Shown here: one piece after another, positions 18,684 to 38,806 of the stretch | Position numbering within the stretch: the first letter of the stretch is position 1 | How the letters are laid out: each line of letters opens with the position of its first letter | Made by a program: the position numbers and the translations under genes | The notes under the pieces: generated by a model | Database searches by the model: none | Seen by the model: the letters and a program-made list of their open reading frames with translations, nothing else | Told to the model about the DNA's origin: nothing | From: the human T2T-CHM13v2.0 reference genome, Homo sapiens | DNA length: 64,000 bases | Assembly (NCBI RefSeq): GCF_009914755.1 | Contig: NC_060932.1 | Strand: one strand, 5' to 3'

Positions 18684-21550
18684 AAACTCTGGTGCATCCA
18701 GACAATGCAATATTATTGAGCACTTTTTAAAAATGAGCTATCAAGCCATGAAAAGACATGGGGGACATGAAATGCTTATTACTAAGTGAAAGAAGTCAAC
18801 CTGAAAAGGCTACCCACTGTGTGACTCCATCTGCATGACCTTCTGGAAAAGGTGGAACTATGGAGACAGTATAAAGATCAGTGGTTGGTAGGAGTTAGGG
18901 CAGCTGGAGGGCAGGTGGGGGCGGGGTGTGGGGGGGCAGGCAGAGCACAGAGGATGTTTACGGCAGTGAAACTATTCTGTGGATACCGTCACGGTAGATC
19001 CGTGTCATTACACATTTTCCAAACCCACAGAACGTACACCAACAGTGAACCCACAGGTAAACTATGGACTTTAGTTAATATTAATGTGAAATTGTAAAAT
19101 CAATAATAAAACATACCACACCAATGCAAGATATTAACAAGGGGGGAAATGGAGGTCAGAGTGAGGCAGTATAAGAGAATTCCCTGTACTTTCTGCCCAA
19201 TTTTTCTGTGAACCTAAACTGCTAAAAAAAAAAAGTTATATTAATTAAAATCAGCAACAAAACAAGAGGCGATGATGAGAAAATGTCAGATACAACAATT
19301 TGAATGTTTTCAGCTTCTTTTCCATTATTTGAGATTTTAAATGAAGTTGGCTTTTTAAAATTAGAACACTGGAAAGAGTTCTGCTCCTTATTTTTAATAT
19401 TGTGAGTTCTTAAGTTAGCATCACTTAATATGTCCCGAGAATTGCTACTTGCGTCTTAGTGAAGGTGAGGAGCAATGCACAGATGTTGGGCTGGGAAAGA
19501 AAAGATTTCGGAGAGGACCGCTCTAAGCATTGGCATCCAGCCACAGGGTGCAGCTTCAATTCTGGGGAGTTCTCCATGCAGCCTCCACTGCAGTTTAAAA
19601 TGGGCTAAATGGATTTTTCCCGAACAATTAGGGTCCAGTGCAGATGGAAATCCATTTCCAAATGACCTCATTACACTGCTATGGTCTGTAACAATTTCGA
19701 GTGTGAAAAATTCAATTTTATACCAACACCACATTTCTGCACAGTCAAGAGTCTCTGAAGATTCAGACAACATTCATGACACGCCGCCCTGTGCGTGGGC
19801 TGCTGTGGCTCTGGTCCTCCCCAGTGGCAGCCTGGTGCTCACAGCCTTGCCCTCGGTTTCCCTCCTCCGAGGGGCCCTCCGTGTGCAGGCCACACGAGGA
19901 AGAGCAAAGCCGCTCCATGAGCCTCCCCTTTCTGGGCCGCCTGCCCCGTCTCAAGGTCTCCAGCCTTCGCCCAACCTTCCCCACTCTCTGCACAGCACAG
20001 GACCCTGGCATGGAGCGCCAGTTTCTGGGAGCTGAGACTCTGCCTGGGGGGTGGGCACGAGGGGCCAGGCAGGCAGCCGATGTCCACGCCTCTCACTCCT
20101 GTTTGTCTTCCTGGTCATAGTCAGCCCTACTGCCCTCGGCAGCCTCCTCCACTCGCGCTCGCAAAACATCCGTTTCCTACTCAGTTCATCCATATTGCTG
20201 GCAATAAGCTGTTTCTAAAATTCAAATTCCCCAAATGGCTGCTCCTGGCTAAACAATTTCAATGACTCCTCCTCACATTCACAGAACATCTCCACATCTG
20301 AATCCACCTTGCTCTCCAGCCCTGCCTCCTCTGGAAGCCACTGTGCACTCGATATCCTAGCGGTTCCCAAATCCATGCTCCGTCCAGGGCTGTGCCATTC
20401 CCTCCACGCGCCCTCAGTGCCAGCACCCCCATGCTGCCTGGACCATCACCACTAAGGGCCTCCCTGGTCCTTCGGGGTGAGCTGGTCACCTTCCTCTTCC
20501 CTCTCCCAAAATGACGGTCAACCTGGTAACTGTCATCATACATCACAATGAACAGCAAGCATTTGTTAACTTGCTTGTGATCAAATTGTGGGGCTTTCAG
20601 GAGCAAATATATATATTCCTCTTTATGACTGGCTCCCAAGAAAGTGTGGCACTGGATACACCCTCACAGCATTCTTAGCGCACTGTGGGTGACCGGTTGG
20701 ATAATGACAAGACCAAACTCCTCTGTGTATCATTCATTGATTCAATAAATATGTACTGAACAACACTTATGTACTGTCCACTCTGCTGGAAATACTGTAT
20801 TTAAACAAACAAACAAACCACAATGGGTGCGGCTTCCCAGAGGCAGTCAGGTCCCACCTTGAAAAGGATGGATGTGACTGGGGACACCAGGGCATGAGAA
20901 CCCGGCGAGATTCAGACTCTAAAGCTGGGCCGGCTGCACCGCAACTGCAGCCGTGAGCAGCACAGGTGGTCACCTCCCGCCTCGAGGACCTGAGCAGCAA
21001 GGCCTGTGACAGCCTGGCCATTGACAAGTCCCTGCCACTGATCACCCTGGTCCTGCAGAGGCTGGCACCACGGTGATGAGGATTACTTCCTGTGTCTGCC
21101 TTCCAATACTAAGAGTATGGCATTGACCAATAACGAGACGAGGGCATAGGACAATTCTGATGGAGATATGGCTTGGGTTTCCAGGCATCCTTTGATGTGG
21201 ATGAACTATAGCGGGGCATGGTTGAAGCAGAAGAATGTGGCCAGGCAGCTGAACAAGGCTCCATCCAGTGCCATCCTCCTATCAGAGGAAGACTGTCCCG
21301 TGCTCATTCATATTCTGTGTTCAGATCTGGCTCAGGAACTAAGCCAAGGCTGTGCCACCATCCAGGTTCGCAGGACGCGCTCCAGCAGGTGCTTCACAGA
21401 GGAAGTGGTCTGTCCGGGCAGCTCCTGGAGCTGTACCTCCCGGTTTTGGAGAAAGAGGGCAGCCTCTTGTCAAGGCAAGAGTAGTCCAAAGCAGCCTTTG
21501 GTGATGAGGCAGAGGCAGTAGACATGATTTTGACAAAAAGACCTCCTCTG

Positions 21551-21913
<363 letters not shown>

Positions 21914-22301
21914 CTACTCAGGATGTGGAGCTGCTTACCAAGGAAGACCCCAAGGCACTGGCTCTTGCTTTGAACGGGGACATTACGAAGACAAACTGTT
22001 CAAGAGGCTGGTGACCAGGTGCTCGCCCTGCACAGACGCAGAGCTTGCATTCTCGCCAGGAAGAACTCACTTTTGGAGACCCGCAGAACCCTAGGCCAGC
22101 CAGGCGAGACCCCACACAGCTGCAGCGGGAAGTGTGCCAGGGAAAGCCCTTGTCTCTGTTATTGCTATCAGCCTGGTTGTTTTACTACCCAAGCCCTACT
22201 CTACCGACTACCCTAGAGCACGTTCCACGACAGGGTGGGAGACTGGCTTTTTGCCCCTTCTGGAAAAGCTATCTCAGGTCTCAACATATGCCCTTCCCCC
22301 A

Positions 22302-22947
<646 letters not shown>

Positions 22948-23779
22948 GGACTTCCACCAATTTTAAATAATATAGCTGCACCAACAATATCCTACCTCCT
23001 CTAATTACCCATTCTTATGTTCTCTGTATAACAGTAGTTGTTGACAGCTCAGCTGCACTGCCTAAGAGTTAGCACTGCTCCACAAGGAGCGATTTAAAAA
23101 AAAGAAAAACATTAACAAATAAGGAAACAAAAGTAACTGTCAGCCTGGGCAACATAGCAAGACCCTGTCTCTACAAAAAAAATTAAAAATTAGCAAGGTG
23201 AGGTGGCTCACACCTGTAGTCCTAGCCACTCAACAGGCTGCGACGGGAGGATCTCTTGAGCCCAGAAGTTCAAGGCTGCAGTGAGCCGAGATTGCAGCAC
23301 TGCACTCCAGCCTGGGTGACAGAGCAAGACCCTGTCTCAAAAAGGAAAAAGATAATTGTCAAGGGCAATGAAAAGAAATGCTTGTATTTTGGACTCATCA
23401 TCTTTCTTCCAAAGATAGTACTGCAGAATTTTAAGCACAGATCATGGTAGAGGAGGTGACATTGGAGAGTGTTATGGCCACAAACTGGCTTCTCAAGTTA
23501 ATGAGTTTTTTTGTTTCAAGGCACATTAATTACGTTACGAACATTAAATTAACGCGACGTTACTTTTGCAGACCCTACGGACATACGGAGAGTCTACTTC
23601 ACCATTTCTAATACCTAATTCAGTGGTGTGAAATTGTATCTGTTAGCACTGTAAAACTCTTTTCCCTTTCCTAATTGTTTTATCAGCAGGGGATGTAAAA
23701 GCTCATTAAAGCAATTTCCATGTGGAAAAAATTTAAAATTAAATAATCAGCCCTGAACTTACATTGAACTACAAGGTCA

Positions 23780-24219
23780 CGGATTTTCTTTCACTTTACT
23801 TACAAGCTAATAAGTTGCCTTTTGCTATTTCATTGACGCTGCTAGAAGTCGGGAGACGCGTCGATCAGAGACCAGGGTTTTATTCCTCACTGCGCAGAAG
23901 ACAGCACGGGCAGGAGTCTGTGGTTCCCTTGGCCCCACATCCCACAGGGCCGCGTGGAACAGCTCAGCTCGGTGCCGGGTGCACGCTGGCTCTGTGTCCC
24001 GGCCGAGGCACACGGACGCTGGGACCCTGTTCTATAGCAGACAGTCGATGCCTGCTCCTTGTCCGCGGGGGACACATTTCCTCCTCCCTCGAGGATGGCT
24101 CCCTGCACGCACAGCCCTGAGAGATGGTCCGGGAAAGAGCAATCCAGCCACAGTGCTCTGGACACGCCTGAGGAAGACACTTACACGTGGGAAGGACCCT
24201 GGGACTGTCTTTCCCAACA
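23780..24219 (-). mobile_element. Probable LTR fragment
   Basis: Ends ...tttcccaaca (TGTTGGGAAA on minus); minus-strand AATAAA near 23879-23884. Confidence 0.45.
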
Positions 24220-24232
24220 GCTATGGGCTTCA

Positions 24233-25008
<776 letters not shown>

Positions 25009-25415
25009 TTCTGTTCTGAAGCCACAAAGATAATAAGATGCCTGTACTGAGAAGTCCAGGTGGCATTTTCTTACCCCCATCTTGACACTGCCGTTTTCTG
25101 TTTCGAACCCCAGTCCACCCCACAGCTCCAAACCACCCTCCCTGCCTCCACCTACAGCTGGCACCTGCTGCCGCGTCGTCGTGGGGCTGCCGCTGTGATC
25201 TGAGCCCGGGAGCAGGAAGGTCAGGCCTTGGTGCACCGGCTGGCCAGTCCAGACAGGAGTGCCTGCCTCACTCCAGGACTATGGACAGCACCTGTGATTT
25301 GCAGGTCCTTTCTTAAATTAACACCCACAGTCTAATTCCCAATGAACCTTGGACCTTCTCTAGCTCCCTGAATTGTCCAGGCCTAGCCTTGCAAAGTGAT
25401 TGTGTGTGCTCACTA

Positions 25416-25631
<216 letters not shown>

Positions 25632-25634
25632 TCA

Positions 25635-25799
<165 letters not shown>

Positions 25800-27046
25800 T
25801 TAGCTCTAATAACAGCCTATTTTAACTGTATCAAAGAAGAAGGCGATTTCATAAGGCATTCCAGAAAAAACAAAATTCTAGCAGCGTTTGGGCTCCTAAA
25901 CCGATCCAGCCATTTCCCTATGAAATGCCCTCAGGCCATCTCCATTTGAAACATGACGAATTGAGGCTTCCAGAGGTGAGATAGGAAACTGGCTTTTGAG
26001 TTTAACAATTCTCTGCACATATTCAGTTCTAGAGCACCAACCAGCTTTCACCATAATAACCATGAAGAGATTGTACAGGAATTCCTTATTTGAATTAAGT
26101 AATTGACACCAAGCAAACGTTTTACAGATTTATGCATTACGAAGGAGCTATGAAGGGCTAACAGACTTTGTAAAGTAAAACATATTTTATATTTGCTGCC
26201 TAAGGATATGTTTGGCTTCGGGGAAATGAAATTAGATTCACTAGATGAGATTCGAAGTGTAAAGCTCTGCAGTGTTCAGGGTCTCCCACAAGAGGGCAGT
26301 GTGCTAGCATTTGGAAGCAGCGGAGCCTCTTCCTGGACTCAGCTTGAATTGGAATTGACAACTAAGAAAACTATGATTAAACCCTGATTCTTAAGTTTAT
26401 CTCACATAAAGCCAGTGTTCAAGGATGTTGAATAAACAAGGATTAGTAAAACAACATTGTATTTCAAAATATGAGCAGTCCAATAAAAGCTATCGCAGAG
26501 CTAGTTGCCCTACTCAACAGGAAGTAGTATCTCCCATAACTAGCAATTCTCCTCTGAACTAATGAGCTATCACCCAGAAAGTAAACTGCATGTTAGATTA
26601 ACAAGAAAATGTATAGGATACATTGAGTAGGAAGTGGCTGAGATATTTTAATTTTAATCCTTCATCAAAATCAGCCAATAACTGTTGTCTCTTCTAAGCT
26701 ATTCCTTGCATGAAAAATCCTTACCAGCTGCCACTGGACTCTGGACAGAGGTCTCTGCCCCCACATGGGCCTCCCTTCTCCTGTTCCAGGTGGTAGAGAA
26801 GTTTCACAGCATCTCTCAGGAGAAGGCTGAGCACCCAGCGGTGTAGACCACAAGGATAAATCAGATGTGATGTCGTCCACATAGGGCTGGGGAGTTTTCC
26901 ACAGAAGCTTCTACATTATATAATGTACAGACTTAATCTTGTTTTAACTCATTAACCGTTTTAATTCTTTTGAGGCCAGGCATGGTGGCTTATGCCTGTA
27001 ATCCCAGCACTTTGAGAGGCCGAGGCAGGCGAATGGCTTGAGCTCA

Positions 27047-27445
<399 letters not shown>

Positions 27446-27541
27446 TCAGAAAACTTTAACACCTATTTCCTATTTAACCCTAACACATGCTTGGTCTCAA
27501 GATAGATTAGCAAGAACCATTCCCCACCTTAATGTGGCTGG

Positions 27542-28230
<689 letters not shown>

Positions 28231-29570
28231 ATTGGCTTGTTCTTGAAAAAAAAAAATCACTTGTAAGGAATTGTGCTGGGCTCAAATACAATGACCCCTC
28301 CTCCCCTGTGGGAGCCTTGCTGTCTCCCAGAGCTCCTGCTACCCCCACAGACTCCCTCCTCTGCCCCCAGTGCCCTATCCCCATGAAAATCCCCTTTACT
28401 TGAAAACCAAGCCTGCCTGGCTCACCCCTCTCACCTGGGACTCCGACAGCCAAACATTGTTGTGGTTGTGAATGCTGGGATGAGAAAGCTGGAATGTTTA
28501 GCTTTGGGCTCACATTTCTCTACCCAGGTTGAGCTGGGCAATAGGAAATAACCTCTAATTTAGAATTCTAAACACGAAACATATTCACTATCTGATATAG
28601 TAGTAAGTTTAGGGGAGGAAAAACCCCTGAAACTCAGCCCCCAAACAGCACAAACCCTGACTGGAGTGAGATTTTTTGTCCCCACCCACATGCCTGCCAT
28701 GAGTAACAGAAATTGCTTCCTGAAGATAATACATCCAGATCCTCAAATCATTTCTACAACCTTTAATAGGCAACAGCAACATTCAACCAAAACTTACCTG
28801 ACAGAGATAAGACAAGAAAGAAATTACCGACAGCCAAGAAAAACAGGCAATAGGAAGAGATCGCGGGAATTTCAGGGGCTGGAGTTATGAGATGCGTCCT
28901 CTAAAAAACATGGGGTTACTCCATCCAAGTACTGAAGTGAGCCGATGGAGAATTTCACCAGAAAAGTGAAAATTATAATAATAAAAGAATCAAGTAGAAG
29001 TTTTAGAAATGTGAAATGTGATACGGAAAATAAGAACTCTAACATGGACTGTAGGCAGCAAAGGAGGGGACGGGAAAAGTGGGCGAGTCCTCCGAAGCAT
29101 TTGCACAGCCAGGACAGGTGGAGAACGGAGGAGGGAAATGGGCAGGGGGCACAAGAGACCAGGGCGCTCAGGACGGGGGAGCAGGTCCTCTGTGCACACA
29201 CAGCCCCAGAAGAGAAGAGAGAATGGGGCAAAAGAATCATAAAGGAGGTGAGAACCAATGATTATTTTTATTTATTTATTTATTTTATTTATTTATTTAT
29301 TTTTGAGACAGAGTCTCAATCTGTCACCCGGGCTGGAGTGCAGTGGCGCGATGTTGGCTCACTGCAACCTCTGCCTCTGGGGTTCAAGTGATTCTCCCAC
29401 CTCGGCCTCTTGAGGAGCTGGGACTATAGGCGCCCACCACCATGCCCAGCTAATTTTTGTATTTTTAGTAGAGATAGGTTTTCACTGTGTTGGCCATGCC
29501 AGTCTTGAACTCCTGACCTTAGGTGATCCACCTGCCTCGGCCTCCCAGAGTGATGGGATTACAGGAGTGA

Positions 29571-29825
<255 letters not shown>

Positions 29826-30016
29826 TGATCTGCCCACCTCAGCCTCCCAAACTGCTGGGATTACAGGATGGTTTTTAATAACCAATCAAAGTCAAGTTAA
29901 ACTCCAGCAGAAACAGATGAGTTTCCTGATGGTTGTGCACAGGCTTCGGACCCAAGGCAAGGTCTTCCTGTCTCGAGGCCTTCTGCCATCATCCTGCCTC
30001 CCCAGACATACCCCAG

Positions 30017-31000
<984 letters not shown>

Positions 31001-32217
31001 CTCATCCTAACTCAGACCCCAGCTTCCCCATGAAGCTGTCAGCAAGACAGCAGCTATGCTCCCCTCCTCCCTCCAGAGTCTGATGGCCTCAGTCCCAGCA
31101 CGTAGTTCAACCTCCAACTTGACTCTGCCTACCTCATGCAAATGAGCCTATCTCTTTATTCTTCAGGATCCAAAATGGCAACTCCCTGAAGCCAGAGAAC
31201 CCATCAGAACTTAAAAGTAGACAATTTTTTTAGAGCAGTTTTTGGCTCACAGTAAAATGCACAGAAGGTACAGACACCTGCCATTCGCTGCCTGTCCCCT
31301 CTCCCCTGCACGCATAGCCACCCCCCACCAGCAAGTGTGGTGCATTTGTTACCATTGGTGAACCCACATGGACACGTCTTCATTGCCTGGAGTCCGTGGT
31401 TTACACGAGGGCTCGCTCTAGGTGTTGTTCATCCTCTGGGTCTGCACAGATGTACACTGACTCTTATCCACCATGACAGTGCCATGCAGAGTAGCTTCAC
31501 TGCCCTGAAGATCCTCTGTGCAGTGTAACTTCATCACCGTTAGGAAGAAAACAATCTCTTTTAACATCACGTGTGAATAAGACAGATGATGTCCCAGCCC
31601 ACCATGGGGCTTCCCATTCTTGTGAGGTGGGAAGGGCAGGACAGAAAATAAACAGTCCACAAAGAGATAAAAATAATTATCATGTCATTTTTATGACATG
31701 ATAGATCATTCTATCATGAATGTTTAAGATCATTCAATGAGTGAAATGCAAGGACATGAGCGAGTAAGAGAGGGAGGCAGGCCCGACAGGTAGTGGCGTC
31801 CCAGGTGGTAGCTCCTCCTCGGAGCCCAGCCAGAGTTGAGACCTGAAGGATGAGGAGGACTTGGTCCTTGGACAATAGAAGAAATAAAGACCCAGGTAGA
31901 GAGGCAAAAGCAAATGTGAAGGCCCAGAAGCTTGAAAAGGCTGAGCCTGTCCTGGGAGTTATCAGAGGCACAGTCTGATCAGAGTGGAGTCAATAAGGAG
32001 TGGTGGTGAGACCCACGTTGGGTAAGGACAGAGACGTCCCATGCTTGACTCCTTGGACATGTGACCTCAGCTTCCTTAGCTGTAAAACGTGACAGGTGGC
32101 CAGGCGCGTTGGCTCATGCCTGTAATCCCAGCACTTTCGGGAGGCCGAGGCGGGTGGATCACGAGGTCAGGAGATCAAGACCATCCTGTCTAACACTGTG
32201 AAACCCCGTCTCTACTA

Positions 32218-32774
<557 letters not shown>

Positions 32775-32926
32775 TCAACATTCTTGTGCATGACCTTGTG
32801 TGCAATATGTTTGCATTTCTGCTGGTCGTGGGGAATCACAGTGTTGCCATGGAAGCTTCAGTTCAGTTTCAGTGGTTATTGGTCCAGGGTCAATGCAAAA
32901 ATGTTACTTCCCCCCAGGGGTGCGCA

Positions 32927-33110
32927 AGTGAGTTCAGTTTCCACACAGTAGTGTGTGAGTGAGTTCAGGCCCCCCCGTGGTGTGTGAGTTCAGTCCCCTC
33001 AGTGCTGTGTGAGTGAGTTCAGTCCCCCCATGGTGTGTGAGTGAGTTCAGTTCTCCTCAGCAGTGTGTGAGTTCAGTTCCCACCAACAGTGTCTGAGTTC
33101 AGTTTCTCTG
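32927..33110. repeat. Degenerate ~25-30 bp tandem repeat (GTGAGTTCAGT core, ~7 copies) in an antisense old L1 fragment
   Basis: Repeated gagttcag; flanks resemble antisense L1 ORF2. Confidence 0.8.
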
Positions 33111-33313
33111 TATCCACACTGATTCCTGCTCCTCTTTCCTGACTTTGCTGTCCTGGCGGCTATGTAGTGATATCTCACTGTGGTTGTAAGCAGCAGCCAC
33201 TGATGAATAACACAGGGGAGCATCCGTTGAGTAGCCATTTTGATCTTTTCTTTGGTACAGTGCTTGTTCAGGTCTTTTGCCCATTTCTCTATTTAAATCG
33301 CTTGTTTTTTCTA

Positions 33314-33901
<588 letters not shown>

Positions 33902-35317
33902 CTCTAGATGAAGATCCTGGGTCAGTTACACACCTGGCAATAGCTTCCCTCAGTTTCCTAATGTTTTCCTTTGAGAAATGAAAGTGTTTTCCTTGGATGC
34001 AGCCCTGGTTCTCCTTCTTCCTTCGGGCAGGTGGCTGGTTTGGACTGGAAGGAAAGTGCATCTCCCCTGCTCTTTAGTGTCCTCTGGAGGGATAGGAGCA
34101 CCCACAGATCTGCAATGATGGGTGCCAGCCGCCCCCGGCGGGGGAATGAGTGCTCACTATGAGGCAAGTGACCACCACGAGCAGGAAGGTCCCTCCCACT
34201 GAGGGACGGCTTGTGCAGTCCTGGCCTGGGGGCTGATCTCCACCATGGTTCCAATCTCCTCCTGCTATGCCTTTGCCATTTTCAGAGCTTATTCTCTTTC
34301 TCTGCTCTGAACAAATAGGCAGCCTAAAACTACAACCTTTAAAACTCTCCCATAAAGAAACCTGTGGCGTTGATGAATGTAGGGGGGGCTTCCCACTAGG
34401 AGGGGATGAGCGGGGCTTGATGTTTCCGCAGATGTCTGTGCCCGCACTGGCGACTCCGATACTCCAATGCAGGTTCATCAACTGTAACACACGGACCACT
34501 CACGGCGTTGGCCGTTCTCTGGTTTGGGCACATGTAGAATGACACGTACCCACCATTACAGTGTCACTGCCTAAAATTCCTTCGTGCAGCATCCCTTTTC
34601 CGCTGGTAGGGGGGAAGCAACCTCTTTGAGCCTCACGGTGTGAATAAACACAGATGATCGTCCTGTAGAAAATAGCTGCTCCTTCATTTCCACCTTCCAA
34701 ATTTCTGCAAATCTCTCTTTCCTCCAACAGGACGTTGGAACCATTCAGGGAAGGGAACTTTGAGAAACACAGATTAGCTAAGAGAACGCGGTACAGAGCC
34801 ACTCAGAGAGAAGACAAATGCGTCATCACGACAAAGGCTCGACGCTGATAGGGTCAAGGCCCTTCTAGTGACAGAAGAGAGAGGGGAGAGCCAGCGGAAG
34901 GAGCCGCGTGCCTGGCGGGAGGCTCCTTGAGGACGAGAGAAGATGAAAACTCGGGAAGGCAGCTCCCTAGGCAGGTCTTCCGTGATATGCAGGAACTATC
35001 CCGGCTGGGAATGTGACGGTGAGACGTGACACTGCGAAGGATGGCAGCACGTGCACAAATAAGGGGTGAAGGTCAAGGGTGAGGTCTGGAAACGGGCTGG
35101 CGTGGCCGGGAGGGGGACTTCCTGGAGGAAGGTGCAGGGCAGGAAATGGGAGCAGGGCCCCTGGATGGGGCCGGATCCGAGGGGAGGGCAGGCACCTAAA
35201 CACTTCGAGTACCCAATGGCGTGCCGCATGACACTTGCTATGACCTTGGCATCAACACGGGACCCGGCTCGTGATGGGCAAACTGCACGAGGATAAAAAC
35301 GTTCCCCTGAGATGTTA

Positions 35318-35776
<459 letters not shown>

Positions 35777-37388
35777 TCACCAGTTCTTCTTTTCCATGAT
35801 GAAAAGGTAGTTTCCCCATATGACCATAGGCTCTCAATGGGCAGGGAGCGATGGAGACAGCTCAGCCTTTGATTCTAGTCCTTACATGGAAGACAGCGTA
35901 TTGCAGAGACTCAGCCACAAAGAGAACTGAATACGGTGTCTGAAATTCTCCTTCTCCTGAATTGTCAATGTTGGTGTCTTTTCGCTTCTGAACAGCATTC
36001 CGTGAGAGAACCACGACCCTGGCCCAAACGTGTAGGCTGTGGCTGGCTGTTTTGTTTTGTCGTGGTTTGTCTGGATGCACAAAAATGCTTAAGCTTTAAG
36101 TCTCTGATAGTTTACATTTTGTGATGTAAGAACAAGAAAAAAAAACTTCCTCCAACCTAATGCTCTCTGCAAACCAGAAACAAAGTAAACAAGCAAAACC
36201 TGCTCTGCTCAGCTTCCGTAATTCCAAATGTTTTATAAGGGTGACTGCAGCATTGGCGGCTTGCTATCTCCAGACTGTGGGCTGTCCCTCACAGCCAGGC
36301 CATGACTCAGTCACCTCTTGCTCTCTCGGGGTGTCTGCCCAATGGATTTGTCACAGAATCAGAGGCCCAGTGAGTGACCAAGGCTTGCCTGAGCAGGATA
36401 TGAAAGCCGCGCTGCTAGAATCTAAGCTGGACCGCAGCATAGGCCACGCGCTTTCCATCCTACCTGCCCTGTAACGTGACTGACGTTAGCTGCGGTGGGG
36501 CCAGGAGCGCCGTCTTGTGTCCTGAGTTTGATCACCTCGTCAGACCACAAGTTGGAGGTGTGGGTTTCTGAAGTGACAACATCCTCACTGAAATTCTGCC
36601 CATGCACTTTCTCTTCTCATTTTGTTTCCACCCACCGTGACCTTTTTCCTCTTTTTCCACCCCAAAGGAAGAGAAATGTCAAGAAAATAACACTACAGAG
36701 CACATATGGAGGAAAGGCAGACAGTGCGAAGATTGCAATAACTGTGTTCCTCCAAGTTATAAGATGTGGAAATAAGACAAGTGATGGGTCCCACGTCCAA
36801 CGTGGCTCGGCTAGAAGGTGCTTTCTGCTTTAATATGTGGGGATTTCTGGCTGTCTCTGGACTGTGCCCAACAATAAGCCCTAAAAAGTGAACCCTGATT
36901 CAGCTGTGAGGGCCTGAGGTCCAGCAGCTCTGCACTGTGGCTCTCTGGCCCCACCCACCCCAGCTTGTGACTGGTGAGTCACCCAGCCCAGCAGACACCA
37001 TCGTGCCCTCTGCAGATGCACAAGCTGCTTCCTGCCTTGCTTTCCTCCCAGAGCTGTTTGCCATAAATGACCACACGTGTAAGAAAGCACATTGCATACT
37101 TCTAACATTCGGTGTGAGCACCACGTGTACACATAAACAAGTATCCGTGCGTTTATCTACAAAATAGAAGTAGTCCAAGGATATGGTACAGCTGTTAAAA
37201 GGCTTGACAAAATTGAAACACAGTAATGGTGCTTCTGAAGTTTGCCAAATTTCTATGATGATGAAAAAGCTTTTATCCCAGATACAAAACCTTTGTTCTC
37301 AGCATCATCTAGTGACAAGTCGATGGGACTAGGCATTAAGAGATGGGATGTGGATTAAGTAGGATCACTGGGTTTTGGTGAAAGACAC

Positions 37389-37858
37389 CGTTATGAGTTG
37401 AATTATACCCCATTCAAAAAAAAAAGGTATGTTGGAGACCTAACCACCCCCCATACCTGGAAATGTGACTTTATTTGGAAATAGGGTCTTGTCTATTTCC
37501 AAAGAGGGAATGAAATTAAATCAAATTCAGATAAGGTCATGAGGGAGGATCCTAATTGAATACAGTCAGTGTTCTTATAAAAAGGGGAAACTGGGACACA
37601 GAGAGACACACACAGAGGAAGGACACCACGTGAGGACTGGAGCTCCACCACCGAGCCGAGGAGCCACTCAGCCCAGGGGCCACCCAGCCGAGGGGCCACC
37701 GGAGGCCAGATCCAGGCCCAGCTGGGACAGACCCTCCCCTGGAGCCTTCAGGGGAGCTCAACCCTGCGGACACCGGGATCTCGGACTTCTGGCTTGGGAG
37801 AGAAGACCGTCCTATTGTTTGTGGCACTTTGTTATGGCAGCCCTAACAAACTGATACA
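37389..37858. mobile_element. MLT1-type MaLR LTR
   Basis: atgtgactttatttggaaatagggtctt...tttgttatggcagccctaacaaactgataca. Confidence 0.82.
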
Positions 37859-37943
37859 GACCCTAAAGCGAGAGGGGTGAACACAGTTCTGACTTTGAAG
37901 GCACCAAAGCCCACGTTTGCATTCCAGTTCTGATGCTTATTGA

Positions 37944-38319
<376 letters not shown>

Positions 38320-38395
38320 TGAACACACAGATTACAGATACAGATGTGGACATAGATGTAGCTATGGACATAGATGTATATAGATATAGATATAG

Positions 38396-38806
38396 TAATA
38401 CAGTTTAGATATTTGTCCCCACCCAAGTCTCATGTTGAGTTGTAATCTCCAGTGTTGGAGATGGGGTCTGGCGGGAGGGGTTTAGTTCGTGGGTGAAGAT
38501 CCCTCGTGGCTTTGTGCTGTCCTCACAATGGTGAGTGAGTTCTCAGGAGGTCTGGGTGTTTAAGTGTGTGGCAGCTCCCCCAACCCACTCTCTCTCTCTC
38601 TGACTTCAGCTCTGTCCATGTGACACACCTGCTCCTGCTTCACCTTCCGCCATGAGCAAAAGCTCCCAGAGGCCTCCCCAGAAGCGGAGCAGATGCTGGT
38701 ACGATGTTTGCGCAGCCTGCAGAACCGTTAGCCAATTCCACCTATTTTCTTTGTAAATGACCCAGTCTCAGGTATTTCTTTATAGCAATGCAAGAATGAC
38801 TTAACA
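38396..38806. mobile_element. MST-type MaLR LTR flanked by (TAGATA)-like simple repeats
   Basis: gtccccacccaagtctcatgttg...ggtatttctttatagcaatgcaagaatgacttaaca. Confidence 0.82.

Noticed and set aside
19456-20193. Cluster of overlapping ORFs up to 186 aa
   Set aside because: No recognisable domain or convincing splice structure.
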